A DNA stretch of 20,000 nucleotides from contig NKIB01012688.1 of the NCBI GenBank assembly GCA_002256025.1, forward strand, positions 52,750 to 72,749. Reading direction: 5' to 3'. This document shows, piece by piece, positions 9,483 through 19,870 of this stretch (positions are counted from its first letter, which is position 1; every line of letters starts with the position of its first letter). The stretch comes from Asterionella formosa (taxonomy: Eukaryota). A program made the translations under genes and the position numbers. The notes below the pieces were generated by a model. It was not told the DNA's origin. It worked only from the letters and a program-made list of their open reading frames with translations, and made no database searches.

Positions 9483-11357
9483 ATGAGACAACGCCGAGGA
9501 TCCGAGGATTCCGATTCTTCGAGATCTCTGTCACCATCATTTCATGAACAAAAAGAACACAGAATCAAAGAACCCTTTTTTGTTATTTCGTTGCAAGTGG
9601 GAGCCAGTCTATTGGTGCTATGTGTGCTTGGATATATATTTATTCTATTAAAACCCAGGCATGACATGCAACATAATTTTCGAGAAGTTAGACTGAAACC
9701 AATTCTTCCAATGCCAGTCGAACAAGATGGTGATCTTGACGAGTTGCCACAGCTGGAACTATTCACCAAGCCGCAAGCGTGTAAAATAAATGCCTTTGAC
9801 ATTGCAAAGGAGTATCTCGTACCGCTCGAAGAAAAAGTGCATAATAATTCTACCAACGACGTTAAAACATTGCATCTACTTGCGCGAAAGGCGAGTGAAA
9901 CTAGATCAGCATTTGCAGTAAAGTATGGGGGAGAGACGGCGGCTAAATATTTAATACAGGAGTGTATCAAGGTGCTGACTGTTGATTCTGGAGGTAAATT
10001 AGATCCATCCTTTCCATGGGTTCGGGTATTTCAACGTGCTCGGGAGCAAAGGAAAATGACCATCGCCTTTATTGGTCAGAGTACCACGGCTGGATACGGC
10101 AACCACCACAAGCAGTCGTTTCCCTTTGTATTGGAGAACCTTCTGCAACCTCTTCTCAAAATACTTGATATTGAACTTATTGTTAGAAATCATGCCATGG
10201 AACACATTGGACCCTTTCCGTACACCTGGTGTCTAAATGAGTACATTGGAACCGATGTGGATATCATCAGTTGGGACTTTGGACCGACAACACCACAGGA
10301 TTTGGAGATTTGGATTCGAGCCATTCTGGCCTTAGACTACAAACCAATGTTGATTTTTCGAGACTCCTTTGCTGCTGGGGGGAGGCACAAGATAGTGCAA
10401 CAATATGTCGATGCCAATTTACTTCAGGCCCCAACTATTTTCGATTGGGAGGTTGCGGTAAAGCCTTTTTTGCAAGTCAAGGCCATCAAGCGACCAGCCG
10501 GATTTATAGACTGGAACATATTTGGAGTGCCACCGGGTGTACAGGCGCTACCAGGACAAAACAATAAAGAGAATTGGACGATAAGGCAGCATGCATTGGT
10601 GGGTGATGTGTTGTGCATATGGTTACTTGGATATGTGGAGTTGATGGTGGCTGCTCAGCTCGGAACTTACGACATTCCAAAACCAGGGGAGATTGCAGCT
10701 CTTCATACTCCACTATTTGCCACCGCATCTCAACTGAAGAAACCGTATTCGAACCTACTCTACTTTACATCCCCTTCGCAACTATCTTGTTACACCACAT
10801 TTGACCCTGTTTTGTCCGGCAATATGAATTTCATTGCTAGTGGAACTGTCGAGGCTCCGTTGCTTGATCCCAAGGGTGCCACCTTTTACAATAGTGGATG
10901 GGTCTTGGACTTGGAACCCGATGAAAGGAAAGAGAAGCTCCTAACAAAGGAGTGGGACTATCTTGGCATGAAAGACACACAGAAAAGCTTTTATGGTGTG
11001 CAATCAAGTGGTACTTTAGCGATGAGGTTAGAAATGTCAAATGGGCCTTTGGAGCTTTTGGTCCTGTGCGAATCTCATTCTCCGCCTAAAAAAGACGCTT
11101 GTGTGCTTGGCCATGACATTGACGTTGAGATTAGTGGAGAGAAGGCTCCTGGGTTGACTAGAATCGACTCTGATGCCGTGGCATTCAATGGAAAACGATT
11201 GTGTTATCTTGTGGATCTTCCCGAGGGTATCAAGTCCAAAATCGGTGATGTTGAATTAGAGATAAGGGTGAGCAACGCATTTGTTACCTGGAGCAAAGGG
11301 GCATGTACACTCTCTCATATAATTTGGAAAGGACAGCACGATGCTTCCACCCAGTGA
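9483..11357 (+). CDS. Type II membrane protein with an SGNH/GDSL hydrolase-like domain
   Basis: 624-aa ORF with a TM segment (VGASLLVLCVLGYIFILL). It has block I-like IAFIGQSTTAGYGN...SFPFVLE, block II-like VRNHAM and block III-like DVDIISWDFG, plus a Cys-containing beta-rich C-terminal region. Confidence 0.75.
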   Translation: MRQRRGSEDSDSSRSLSPSFHEQKEHRIKEPFFVISLQVGASLLVLCVLGYIFILLKPRHDMQHNFREVRLKPILPMPVEQDGDLDELPQLELFTKPQACKINAFDIAKEYLVPLEEKVHNNSTNDVKTLHLLARKASETRSAFAVKYGGETAAKYLIQECIKVLTVDSGGKLDPSFPWVRVFQRAREQRKMTIAFIGQSTTAGYGNHHKQSFPFVLENLLQPLLKILDIELIVRNHAMEHIGPFPYTWCLNEYIGTDVDIISWDFGPTTPQDLEIWIRAILALDYKPMLIFRDSFAAGGRHKIVQQYVDANLLQAPTIFDWEVAVKPFLQVKAIKRPAGFIDWNIFGVPPGVQALPGQNNKENWTIRQHALVGDVLCIWLLGYVELMVAAQLGTYDIPKPGEIAALHTPLFATASQLKKPYSNLLYFTSPSQLSCYTTFDPVLSGNMNFIASGTVEAPLLDPKGATFYNSGWVLDLEPDERKEKLLTKEWDYLGMKDTQKSFYGVQSSGTLAMRLEMSNGPLELLVLCESHSPPKKDACVLGHDIDVEISGEKAPGLTRIDSDAVAFNGKRLCYLVDLPEGIKSKIGDVELEIRVSNAFVTWSKGACTLSHIIWKGQHDASTQ

Positions 11358-12875
11358 CATTGAAGGGTCGAAATTGCTGAGACATGCACTATGATCCAAG
11401 TTTGATCAGCAGTTTGCCTTCGTCACATCATCCATATATCTGTCCTCTCTAAATTATGCAGGCTCAAAATCCGTATCATACATACTGATGATATTGTATA
11501 ATGTTGTATGGTGACGATGAAGAAATCAACTTTCTATTGAATGGTATGTTAAAAATATGAGAGCATGTCCACCCTATCAACCAAAAGCCAACTGAACGGA
11601 CTTGTGACGTCAAAACATGTCACTTAGTCAATGAAATTATTTTATCAACATTGTATAATTTTATTTATTTATTCACACCATCTCAACCAAATCCTAAAAA
11701 GTTCAAATATGACATCCAACTTTTAAGTGAATAGAAATAGAGCTGTAGTGTACTTACATGTGTAGTATAGTTCTCAATGAAAAATGACGTCAAGGAGCAG
11801 CAACTTTTTATTATGCTATGGTGTACTGTAGTTGATATATTGTGTACCAGATTACAATATATTTTCAAATGATGAAGGAATGGGCAGCAATAGCAACGCA
11901 GTGCATGACGACAGCTCCTCCTACTGCTTTGGTAATGTGTGGCAAGAAAACAAGAAAACAAGAAAGCAATGTAGGTAACAAGGCTCAGGGAAGGAGTATC
12001 AAAGTTGGTTAATGCACTTTTTCAATAATAGCTTTGGTTTCAACTGCATACTGTGCTTCTTGAAACAGTCCGCTTATAATGATTCACAGACAGCAGGTCA
12101 ACAAGCATTTAGAATTCATTCTCAATTGTGGGTCTTGGTCATGTAACTGAGTTCTTACTCAATAAACAATGCAAGGAAATGGTGGCATTGATAGAAGGGG
12201 AGGATATTTGGGCGCATGCAGATTAAAATCTATGGCAACAAGGAAATCTTTTCCAGAACTATCAAGATGAAAACTTGAGAATATCCGACTTACTGGGTTC
12301 CCACAAACTTTTGGGCAGATGATCACCACCTCAGTGGTCCTATGCACCAGCAGTTGCCTCATGCAAACCAAGTCCGAACATAGACAGCAGCACATTGTTC
12401 TGAAGATCCAGCACCAGCACCTTGTTTTGAGACCAAGCATCACAATCAAGCACTTGCTAGTTCACCAACATAATAGACAACACAATTCCATGACCGGCAG
12501 TCATCATTACCCACCTCTGGTAATTTATACAGTAACGTCAGGACGTGACAAGAACTACACGTAAAAACAACAGTAAAAAGAAACAAAAATAATCCACGGC
12601 ATCGCTATATACGGCTATATTTATATTTGCCTGTATTACCGGTATATACATAAATGACAATAAAAATATCACGAAACTCGAATGACCTCGCTCTCTCAAA
12701 GAATCTGCATACCATAGCAATTTTTCATGTATTTTATTGCCTCCGCCCTCAAACAACGAAATCGTCCCCACATCCATGAACTGCCTCTCTGATCGTCAAT
12801 ATCTTTGAAACGCCACACCGTACTCGCCGCCCCGACACGCGCTTTTATTACGCCTGCATTCGAGAAGCTTATAGA

Positions 12876-13910
12876 ATGGTTCAGGTCAATGTTGCCACCC
12901 CGGATGTCGTCTGGACCCAGGGTGTTGATATATCTGTTGGTTCTCGATCCAGGCGCAACATGATCTACATGATAGGTGCCCTTGCGCTCGTTTGTGTCGC
13001 CGGTGTCGTCGCAATTGGTACAAACAAGGAAAATAGCATTAAAAAATCGGCCGAGGAAAGCAGTCTAACAAGTTTGGCTTATGTTAAACGTAATTCGGTC
13101 AAACCTGTGATTTATAGATTTGATCGTGTCTCGAACGCAATCACAGATGAACGTCGACTTCCTCATGTTTGGGACATGGTTTGGTCAAACGCGGGATGGC
13201 TGCCAAAGAAGCTCATGGTGGATAAATTGAGCAGTGAGGAAAAGTACATTGGTCTCAAGGAACGACTCCAAGGAACGTCCCTTGCTCAAATTCAACAGCG
13301 ACACATTCACAAATACCTGGCCATGGCCAGTGTTGGAGGGGGTTGGTTGGGTCATGGTGACACCTTTCCATTAAATACCTTTGGGAGTGGAGCGATGTTG
13401 CCCAATAATGGGAAAATGACAGTCTATGATGATAGATTTCCTTGCTTGATGAGTGGTAGTGCCGAGGAATGGATGCGTATTGCCACAATACTCGTTGAGC
13501 ATGCAGAAAAGTACGCATCTCCAGAGGGGTGGACGGAACAAAAGGCATTGAGCGATATTGAGAACGAAATCAAAACTGTGTCAGAAGTTTTCAATGTCCA
13601 AGATGCCGGAGAAGAAGGGAAAACTTGGACTTGGAATTCAAAGGATTGTTCTTTAACGAAAAATATGAGAGCTGTTCACTTTTTGGTCGACTTTCTTGAG
13701 GATTTGTCGCAGATTGTAGATCCAGCGGACATGGTCGTCAAGTGGCTTAGTATGTGGTTGCAAGCTTGCGAGCGCAGCACTGTTTTTGCTGATCAACAAA
13801 TGAGTGGAGGTCGAAGGACGATTCAAGAAAGAAGCGAAAGTGAGAGTGAAGGTACAGTCAATGATGTTAACGCCATAGGATTTGCCGGAAAGGCTTTGAG
13901 GGTGAAGTAA
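12876..13910 (+). CDS. Type II membrane protein, diatom-type glycosyltransferase-like (GT32/DxD-like) family
   Basis: 344-aa ORF with a TM segment (MIYMIGALALVCVAGVVAIG). The motifs W...WSNAGWLP, KYLAMASVGGGW...DTFPL, LPNNGKMTVY, PCLMSGSAEEW and AVHF are typical of a family I recall as expanded in diatoms. The gene call is solid; the function is tentative. Confidence 0.7.
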   Translation: MVQVNVATPDVVWTQGVDISVGSRSRRNMIYMIGALALVCVAGVVAIGTNKENSIKKSAEESSLTSLAYVKRNSVKPVIYRFDRVSNAITDERRLPHVWDMVWSNAGWLPKKLMVDKLSSEEKYIGLKERLQGTSLAQIQQRHIHKYLAMASVGGGWLGHGDTFPLNTFGSGAMLPNNGKMTVYDDRFPCLMSGSAEEWMRIATILVEHAEKYASPEGWTEQKALSDIENEIKTVSEVFNVQDAGEEGKTWTWNSKDCSLTKNMRAVHFLVDFLEDLSQIVDPADMVVKWLSMWLQACERSTVFADQQMSGGRRTIQERSESESEGTVNDVNAIGFAGKALRVK

Positions 13911-14568
13911 TGCACATCACAAGATCTTTTGGACACTGGGCGATTGAGCTCTTTTGGGTAGAAAAGAAAATAGGTATGTCTACTATGTTTCTCATAATAC
14001 GACCAAAGCCTTCCTTTCTTTAGCGGTTGCAAAGGGTCAACTATGTTCAGCACTCATTCGTTGTCTGGAATTGAAGCTGTCTAACAATGTCGATCTCGTC
14101 AAGACGTGAGATTCGATTTGCAGCTTCATCTCATGTTGATTTTGTTATGACGGAGTACTCTTGTCACAGAAATCGTTCACTTAATCTCATATTTACTAGT
14201 CCAGTATTGAGCAGGGAAACAAAAGCTGTCCAAGGGAGAAGTAACTTCTTCTTTTTGTCCCCCTGGATTTAAGGCCACTTGTATGATGTTGAATGAGTAG
14301 TTAGTACGTGAAGCCATCTCTTCAGTTCAACGCCCAGCAACCCTGAATCTTGGATCATCGCTGAAGAATCATATGAAGCTCCCCTAGTACGCTTATGTTT
14401 GATAAACAGTAATATTCCCGACAGTCAGCAAAAGTTCGAGGGAATTTTAACATATCAATTTTTACAACAACCAACAAGAGTCCGTGTCGTGAAATGGAAT
14501 TCCAGCAGTCATAGAATGCCCTTGAATCACAACATCGACGCTCCCTTTTGCTGCATATAGGTGTTGAT

Positions 14569-16116
14569 CTATACGTTCGTGCCGGTAGGAAAGGTATTCG
14601 GAACTCCATCGCGATTCCACTCCCACGGCAATGCACATTCATCTAACGCCGCAAATCCTGTATAGACAGCATCAAGATGAACAAAATCATTCTCAAGGTC
14701 AATTGCGGGTTCCCCATCATTTGCAGTATGGACACGAACGTCACTTCCATTGCGGACGAGAAGTAGATTTCCATCAGGCATGGACTCCGTTGCCATCAAA
14801 AGCTCGTTCATAACTTGTAAGTGTCGCATGGGTTCTTGATCGTGAGCTAGGGCATGTGCTACACCTCCCGGGTCCACCTTCAGCACCGTAGATGTTTTCG
14901 GGCAAATCCGAGCGACTTCACTTTGCAATCCAAAGAGATAGTCTAAAATCCAGCAGGCACGCTCTTGAGCAGTCAGTTTCTCCCAACCTCTCTCATGAAA
15001 GTATTCCAAGTGCACATGCGTCGTTTGACCAATTGACTCTTTGACTCGTACCAAAATACGATGAGGAAGTCGTTTTGTCTTTATCGTAAGGAGGGTGTGG
15101 GTGTATACTTGTGTTGTGGAACTCGTTTTGTTGATTGCATCATGCATTCCTTTTGTCAAACATTCGCGGGTTGTACTAGTACATGGGAGGGGAATGTCAA
15201 GAATAATGCAACCACTCTTCTTGGTCATTGGTATCCGCCAATTCTTGCCTTCAATCAGAACTCGGAGTGTTTCATCCGTTGTGACAATAGAGGCGCCGTG
15301 TTCCTTCGCAAGTAGAATCGCCTCAGCACTTTTGTCAACTAAAAATGCAGGCACAGTTGGAGGGTGCAGGGGGGATATTACATCGCCCTCTCGTACCGGT
15401 ACATGGATAGGGCATTCAACACTTACTGCTTCTGCAGTTGACTCGACTTTGATGAAATCATACAGTTCGTTCGGCGATGCGTCGGTTAGTTCCATCTGCG
15501 CACGGACGAGCGATGCAACTTGTCGGCACTTTCCAAACTTTGTATATGTCTCGCTGGATGAATTCCACTGTTTTACGTAACGTTGCACGTAATCTGAGTG
15601 CCAACTAGCAAATGGAGAAGGGTTAGTTCGTTGAAAGCCCACCATAAATCGTTCGCGATGATTCACAAAAAATTGCCGAAGTGCTGTGGTATACAAATCT
15701 TGTTCGCGTTCCACCAACACTCTCAGCTTGTTCCATTCCTTTCGTCTCATTTCATTCCAAGATCTCTTATTATCTTGCTGCAATTGCAAGTACCGCTTGT
15801 GCTGGCCAGCTGTCAGTGTTGACAGTCTGTCAATGGTGTCACCCACGAAAAGTGCATCGTCTTCCTTGGGCGCCTTGTGATCGTCCTCCACTTGTTTATC
15901 AGGCAATTGATCATTTTGCAGTAAAGGGATATCTGTAGCAGTATAGTTTCTAGGCAACGATGCCAAGACGGAAGATGAAGGGAATGGCCGACGCCGTCTA
16001 GAATTGGTTGACTCGTAAAACGAGACCCAGTCCCATTCATACGCGCTCGCAGCGTTTAATATATCTTCTTGCACTGTTGGTATAATGAGTCTTTTTGGCC
16101 GCCGATTCGTTGACAT
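14569..16116 (-). CDS. ICE2: Little Elongation Complex subunit 2 (ICE2/NARG2)-like protein
   Basis: ORF from the ATG at 16116 (the track start at 16122 is GTG). Colinear blocks resemble animal ICE2: STLTAGQHKRYLQL; AILLAKEHGASIVTTDETLRVLI..WRIPM...IILDIPLP..STTRE; ILVR; LEYFHERGWEKLTAQE; VARICPKTSTVLKV; MPDGNLLL; terminal GVPNTFP. Recalled ICE2 motifs for comparison: WEIPV, INSPLP, EYQ...G.E.LTESE, GRIPCTFP. Confidence 0.75.
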   Translation of the reverse strand: MSTNRRPKRLIIPTVQEDILNAASAYEWDWVSFYESTNSRRRRPFPSSSVLASLPRNYTATDIPLLQNDQLPDKQVEDDHKAPKEDDALFVGDTIDRLSTLTAGQHKRYLQLQQDNKRSWNEMRRKEWNKLRVLVEREQDLYTTALRQFFVNHRERFMVGFQRTNPSPFASWHSDYVQRYVKQWNSSSETYTKFGKCRQVASLVRAQMELTDASPNELYDFIKVESTAEAVSVECPIHVPVREGDVISPLHPPTVPAFLVDKSAEAILLAKEHGASIVTTDETLRVLIEGKNWRIPMTKKSGCIILDIPLPCTSTTRECLTKGMHDAINKTSSTTQVYTHTLLTIKTKRLPHRILVRVKESIGQTTHVHLEYFHERGWEKLTAQERACWILDYLFGLQSEVARICPKTSTVLKVDPGGVAHALAHDQEPMRHLQVMNELLMATESMPDGNLLLVRNGSDVRVHTANDGEPAIDLENDFVHLDAVYTGFAALDECALPWEWNRDGVPNTFPTGTNV

Positions 16117-16452
16117 GATCACAGATCATCATCTTCTCCCATGGGTGCTTTCGATCTCAAAAAAACCCTGTGGAGTCAATTTTGCTAAGCATCTATCTAT
16201 TGGATTATACCGGTATTGTAACTGAAAAGGTGCGCAGAAAACGTGCGCTGCTGGACCTTCATGGAAGGCCCAGGAGCACCTGTTTGATGCAAACTTACCG
16301 GTATTCAGTTTTGACTCACTCCCAATGACTCTTCCCATGCCTACCAGACAAGACAGGCTGGCTTTCCCTTCCAAACTCTCTTAAGTAAACTTCGATAATG
16401 TTAAATTATCATGAATTGAATCCATGTCGTGTTCTGATCATCGAAATTGTGT

Positions 16453-16600
16453 TCACCAACTACTACTGGAAATGGTATTCAGCAACTGGAAGAAGACGGT
16501 TTTCTAACTAAATTCACCAATCAGTAACTTCTAGTCATAGTGAGGCAGCGATTCCTAGCCATTGCCGGCAACTTCTAGTCATTGTCAGCAACTTCTAGTA
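16453..16600 (+). repeat. Degenerate array of ~20-bp units (TCAGCAACTTCTAGTCRTTG), copy A
   Basis: Units at 16521 (tcagtaacttctagtcatag), 16565 (ccggcaacttctagtcattg) and 16585 (tcagcaacttctagtaccca), with partial units at 16453 and 16479. Confidence 0.75.
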
Positions 16601-17743
16601 CCCATCGTGAATATAGCACCGGACTGTCAGTACACCCAAGAAAATGTTACATGTTTATCCAATGTGGCCGGCGTGGGTTTGCAAGACCTCGCAAACCAGC
16701 CCAATCAAACAGAGGAACGTAATTCACGTTCACCAATCATATTATATATGTGGAAGCGGGCACTTACAATGGAATTTTTTGGACAGGAGATTTTAGGACT
16801 AAAAATTCCAGCACACGACTACCATTCCGATGATGACGTTTCGGCACTTTATAATTCTGATTCTGATATTTTGGCGACCGTAGAAAAGGCCGATTTTGTC
16901 GAGTTTTTGGACGACGATAGCTTAACGTTGGCTGGGTCTGATGGCGATTTAGATACATAGATAACTTTCAAATAGCATCAGTATAGAACTTCTGGCGAGA
17001 AACTGCAGAAAGGAACTTCGCTTTATTTACTATGCCAAATAAACAGATTTCCCCCGAATTTTCGAGTCTTTTTGGCATAGTTAAAAAACCGAAGTTCCTT
17101 TCTGCAGTTTCTGACCAGATCCTATATACTGACGATATATCGAGTGGACCTACACCCCACCCCTACTTTGTCCGAAGACTGTATTTAAGCAATGGAAAGG
17201 GTGTCTATTGGTGAAAGCTCCGTTGAGCGTTATACATATTTGATTTATATGTGGAAAGTATGTGTTTGACTAGTCTGACTCTAGCAAGGGGTTCAAATGC
17301 AGCAACCTTAATTGTTGTCACAAAGGAGTTGTTCAGATTTATATAGCGAGTAAATACGTATGTACTTGTATTGTTGCATTGTGTAAGTCGTTAACTTTTT
17401 ATTACGGCCCAAAGGTTGCTGTCGACGCGAAATTGCGAAAAATGGAAAATTTCGTGTTTACTCTATTGAGCTGGCATCGTTTTTTCTACACGTGCAAAAA
17501 TCTATGGAGAAATTCTTGCCATAGAATTAATTTAGTATTATTAAATGTGTGTACGACGTCATTTTGCTTTCGAATACATTATGCATCAGAATAATTCGGT
17601 GATGAGCGATGCAAGTGCAAAAAGCATACTGCATCGCGCATAAAAGGTAAAGTAATACGAAAATAATTTCTGTAGTGTAAACAGAGTAAAAATAATCACG
17701 GTTTGGGGGAAAAAAATACACATGTATGCATAGAAAAATATGC

Positions 17744-17957
17744 ACTGTAAGCCACCACTATCCAACAGCAATCTTAATGACTTTAAAAAAATTAGATGTT
17801 CATGGCTTTTTACACTGAATCGAAACTGATTACTTATTCGTAGAATAGAGTGCATCGTGTAACATACACTTTGTACTTCTTGCATCAGGTTTCGATTGTA
17901 ATATTACTTGAATATTTTTTAGTCGGAAGATGGAGTAAAATAACGGTGGCTTACAGT
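17744..17957. mobile_element. MITE-like non-autonomous element, 214 bp
   Basis: Perfect 13-bp terminal inverted repeat ACTGTAAGCCACC (17744-17756) / GGTGGCTTACAGT (17945-17957). It extends imperfectly inward (tat..atctt..gact..aaaaaa.att) for about 50 bp. The interior is AT-rich and non-coding. No clean TSD. Confidence 0.65.
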
Positions 17958-18124
17958 TTTTAAGTGGTACCCCGGTAGGCTCTTGCATCAGGCGTGATAA
18001 TGACTGTGACCAAGTAGTATATAGAGCGATATAACTTTACGTATGTTCACAGTATGATTGGAAAGGCTATCAGGGAGTAGTGGTTGTGTCTGTTCATGTA
18101 TATACTTCACAGGCATAGTGTCAT

Positions 18125-18332
18125 TCAGAAAATCTATTCGTATCCACAAGTTCTAGTCGTTGTCAGCAAACTCTAATCGTTGTCAGCAACTTCTATTCCT
18201 AGTCAGCAAATGCTAGTCTTTTTCAGAAAGTTCTAAACGAAGAAAGAAATGATTCCTATTTTATTCCGAAGCTAGAAGACGGTTTGCTGAATAGGTTCAT
18301 CAGTCAGCAAATCCGAGTCGTGTTCAGCAACT
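18125..18332 (+). repeat. Tandem array of 20-bp units, copy B
   Basis: Exact 20-bp period at 18143, 18163, 18183, 18203 and 18223 (for example tcagcaaactctaatcgttg, tcagcaacttctattcctag, tcagcaaatgctagtctttt), with more units near 18304 and 18324. Confidence 0.85.
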
Positions 18333-18424
18333 GATTCTGTAAATCGTCATCGGTCAATAAGAGTAACAATATACTAAATTACATACGTATTATTATTAAA
18401 TCAGTTTTCATTGTTGACGTTGTT

Positions 18425-19190
18425 GATTCATTCATGATGAACTTGAAATCGAAGTCCATTGCATAGCGATGTGTCCAAAATAGGCCGTTGTAGTAGTTTT
18501 GTAACTGCAATAGGAATATATTTGAGGCAGTCCTGTACAGTTTCAGTTCCAGCTTGCCCACTATCAAGCGCATGATAGGCCGGTATGAATTGATGTGCTT
18601 GCCATGCAAATTTTCGGGTTCTTTGCAAAGTTAAAACTTCTGCAGACAATGACGCTCTCACACCATCATTGAATCTTTCCTTTCCTCGTTTTGTGACATG
18701 GTCAAGCTGCGATAATATGTCTTGGAACATGCCCACATGTATACAATGCCTTTGCCAGCCATTTTAACATGGCATTTTGATGTTAACAGAACAGTGACCC
18801 CAATTTTCCTTCCTAAATGTTGAACATTCTTCATTCCTCATTAATAAATTCTGAGCATACACCCATGATCAGTGATCCCCAGGTTGTTCTTCTTTCCATT
18901 CAGTAATTATTTCTGCACATTGTTTTGATCAATCAGTCCCCTCTCCCACAGAACTTGGACTAACTCCTTTGACTTGTTTTCCGGCCTTTTTCTTGTTCTG
19001 CACTATCCTTTTGATTGGAATGGCATGCTGTGTGCACAGTAGAGCAAACTTGACTTTGTTTGTACCTTTGGTGTTGACTCTTATGCCTCTCAACTCCTGC
19101 TCCAGCTCAGACCGTTTTTTTTTTCGATTTAAGAAAATGTCTCCAACAGAATGTAATGTTGTTGTTTTTCCTCTTTGCTATCGAGAGTTG
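18425..19190 (-). pseudogene. Decayed IS630/Tc1/mariner-type DDE transposase, C-terminal part
   Basis: Stitched minus-strand translation: KKRSELEQELRGIRVNTKG...HAIPIKRIV.../ELVQVLWERGLID.../IMGVCSEFINEE/QHLGRKIGVTVLLTSKCHVKMAGKGIVYMWACSKTYYR/KRGKERFNDGVRASLS...RKFAWQAHQFIPAY/THRYAMDFDFKF. This fits the KG..QVLWERG / TPK.H.E.AGEGIEY.W / HR..MDFD family. It has many stops and frameshifts. The superfamily label is less certain than the transposase call. Confidence 0.8.
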
Positions 19191-19870
19191 TAGTTCACTG
19201 ACTGGCTGCACCAGCCTGTGGGGGTGGGGGCTCATCACCGCTTTTGTTTTCTAATATCTTTCTTTGACATGTGTACCAATACCAGCAGAGGAATTCTTTT
19301 CTGTAGTCTGGGCAGATACGCCATTGCTACCACCAGCAGAGGAATTTCTACTCGGATCACAATGTGATTCTTTTCTTGAACTCAACACCTGCAACACTAT
19401 CCTTGACGCCGCCGACTTATTTCTGTCTTGCCGTTATTCGCTTTAGCTTGGGCTGACTCGTTGTTACTTCTCAGATACTCTCTTTCTTTCTTTCTTTGCT
19501 TGCTGAAGGTGAGCGGAATGGGTCCTAATATTTAAACACATTAACCAGAAAATGCCAAAACTGTTACAATACAATCCCAGAAGGAAGTACCGGATAACTT
19601 GTTAATGTAATGCATAAACTAAAATTATGATATAAAACTGCTGGAAATTGAAATGATCTTCAATGGTCAATCCATTTCACTTCTCAAGTAGGATGATACT
19701 GATTCCACACATAGATATAGCATATGTAGTAGGCTCTGGATTGATGTGGCTTATTGTCAATGTATGTATTCATATAACCCGTAGATTATAGGATAACTCC
19801 AAGTTCTTCACTTTGCTTGCTATATTCCCTCAATAATCAGGACAAGAAGTATAACAACCAATTATCTTTG

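Noticed and set aside
11560..11575. AGAGCATGTCCACCC resembling a Harbinger/Tourist terminal repeat
   Set aside because: No matching inverted partner was found in the window.
11683..12777. Several 79-96-aa ORFs between the SGNH-like and GT-like genes
   Set aside because: Overlapping, motif-free and of random-like composition; probably non-coding or decayed repeat sequence.
3458..16040. Numerous short ORFs nested in or antisense to the long CDSs (for example 3762-4256, 9542-9970, 15095-15580)
   Set aside because: These are shadow frames of real genes with no independent support.
16453..18332. CRISPR array interpretation of the 20-bp repeats
   Set aside because: The units are contiguous and degenerate with no spacers, there are no cas genes, and the context is eukaryotic.
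19200..19860. Short ORF 19264-19446 and the duplicated 15-mer accagcagaggaatt
   Set aside because: Low-complexity sequence with no family signal; likely part of decayed repeat DNA.
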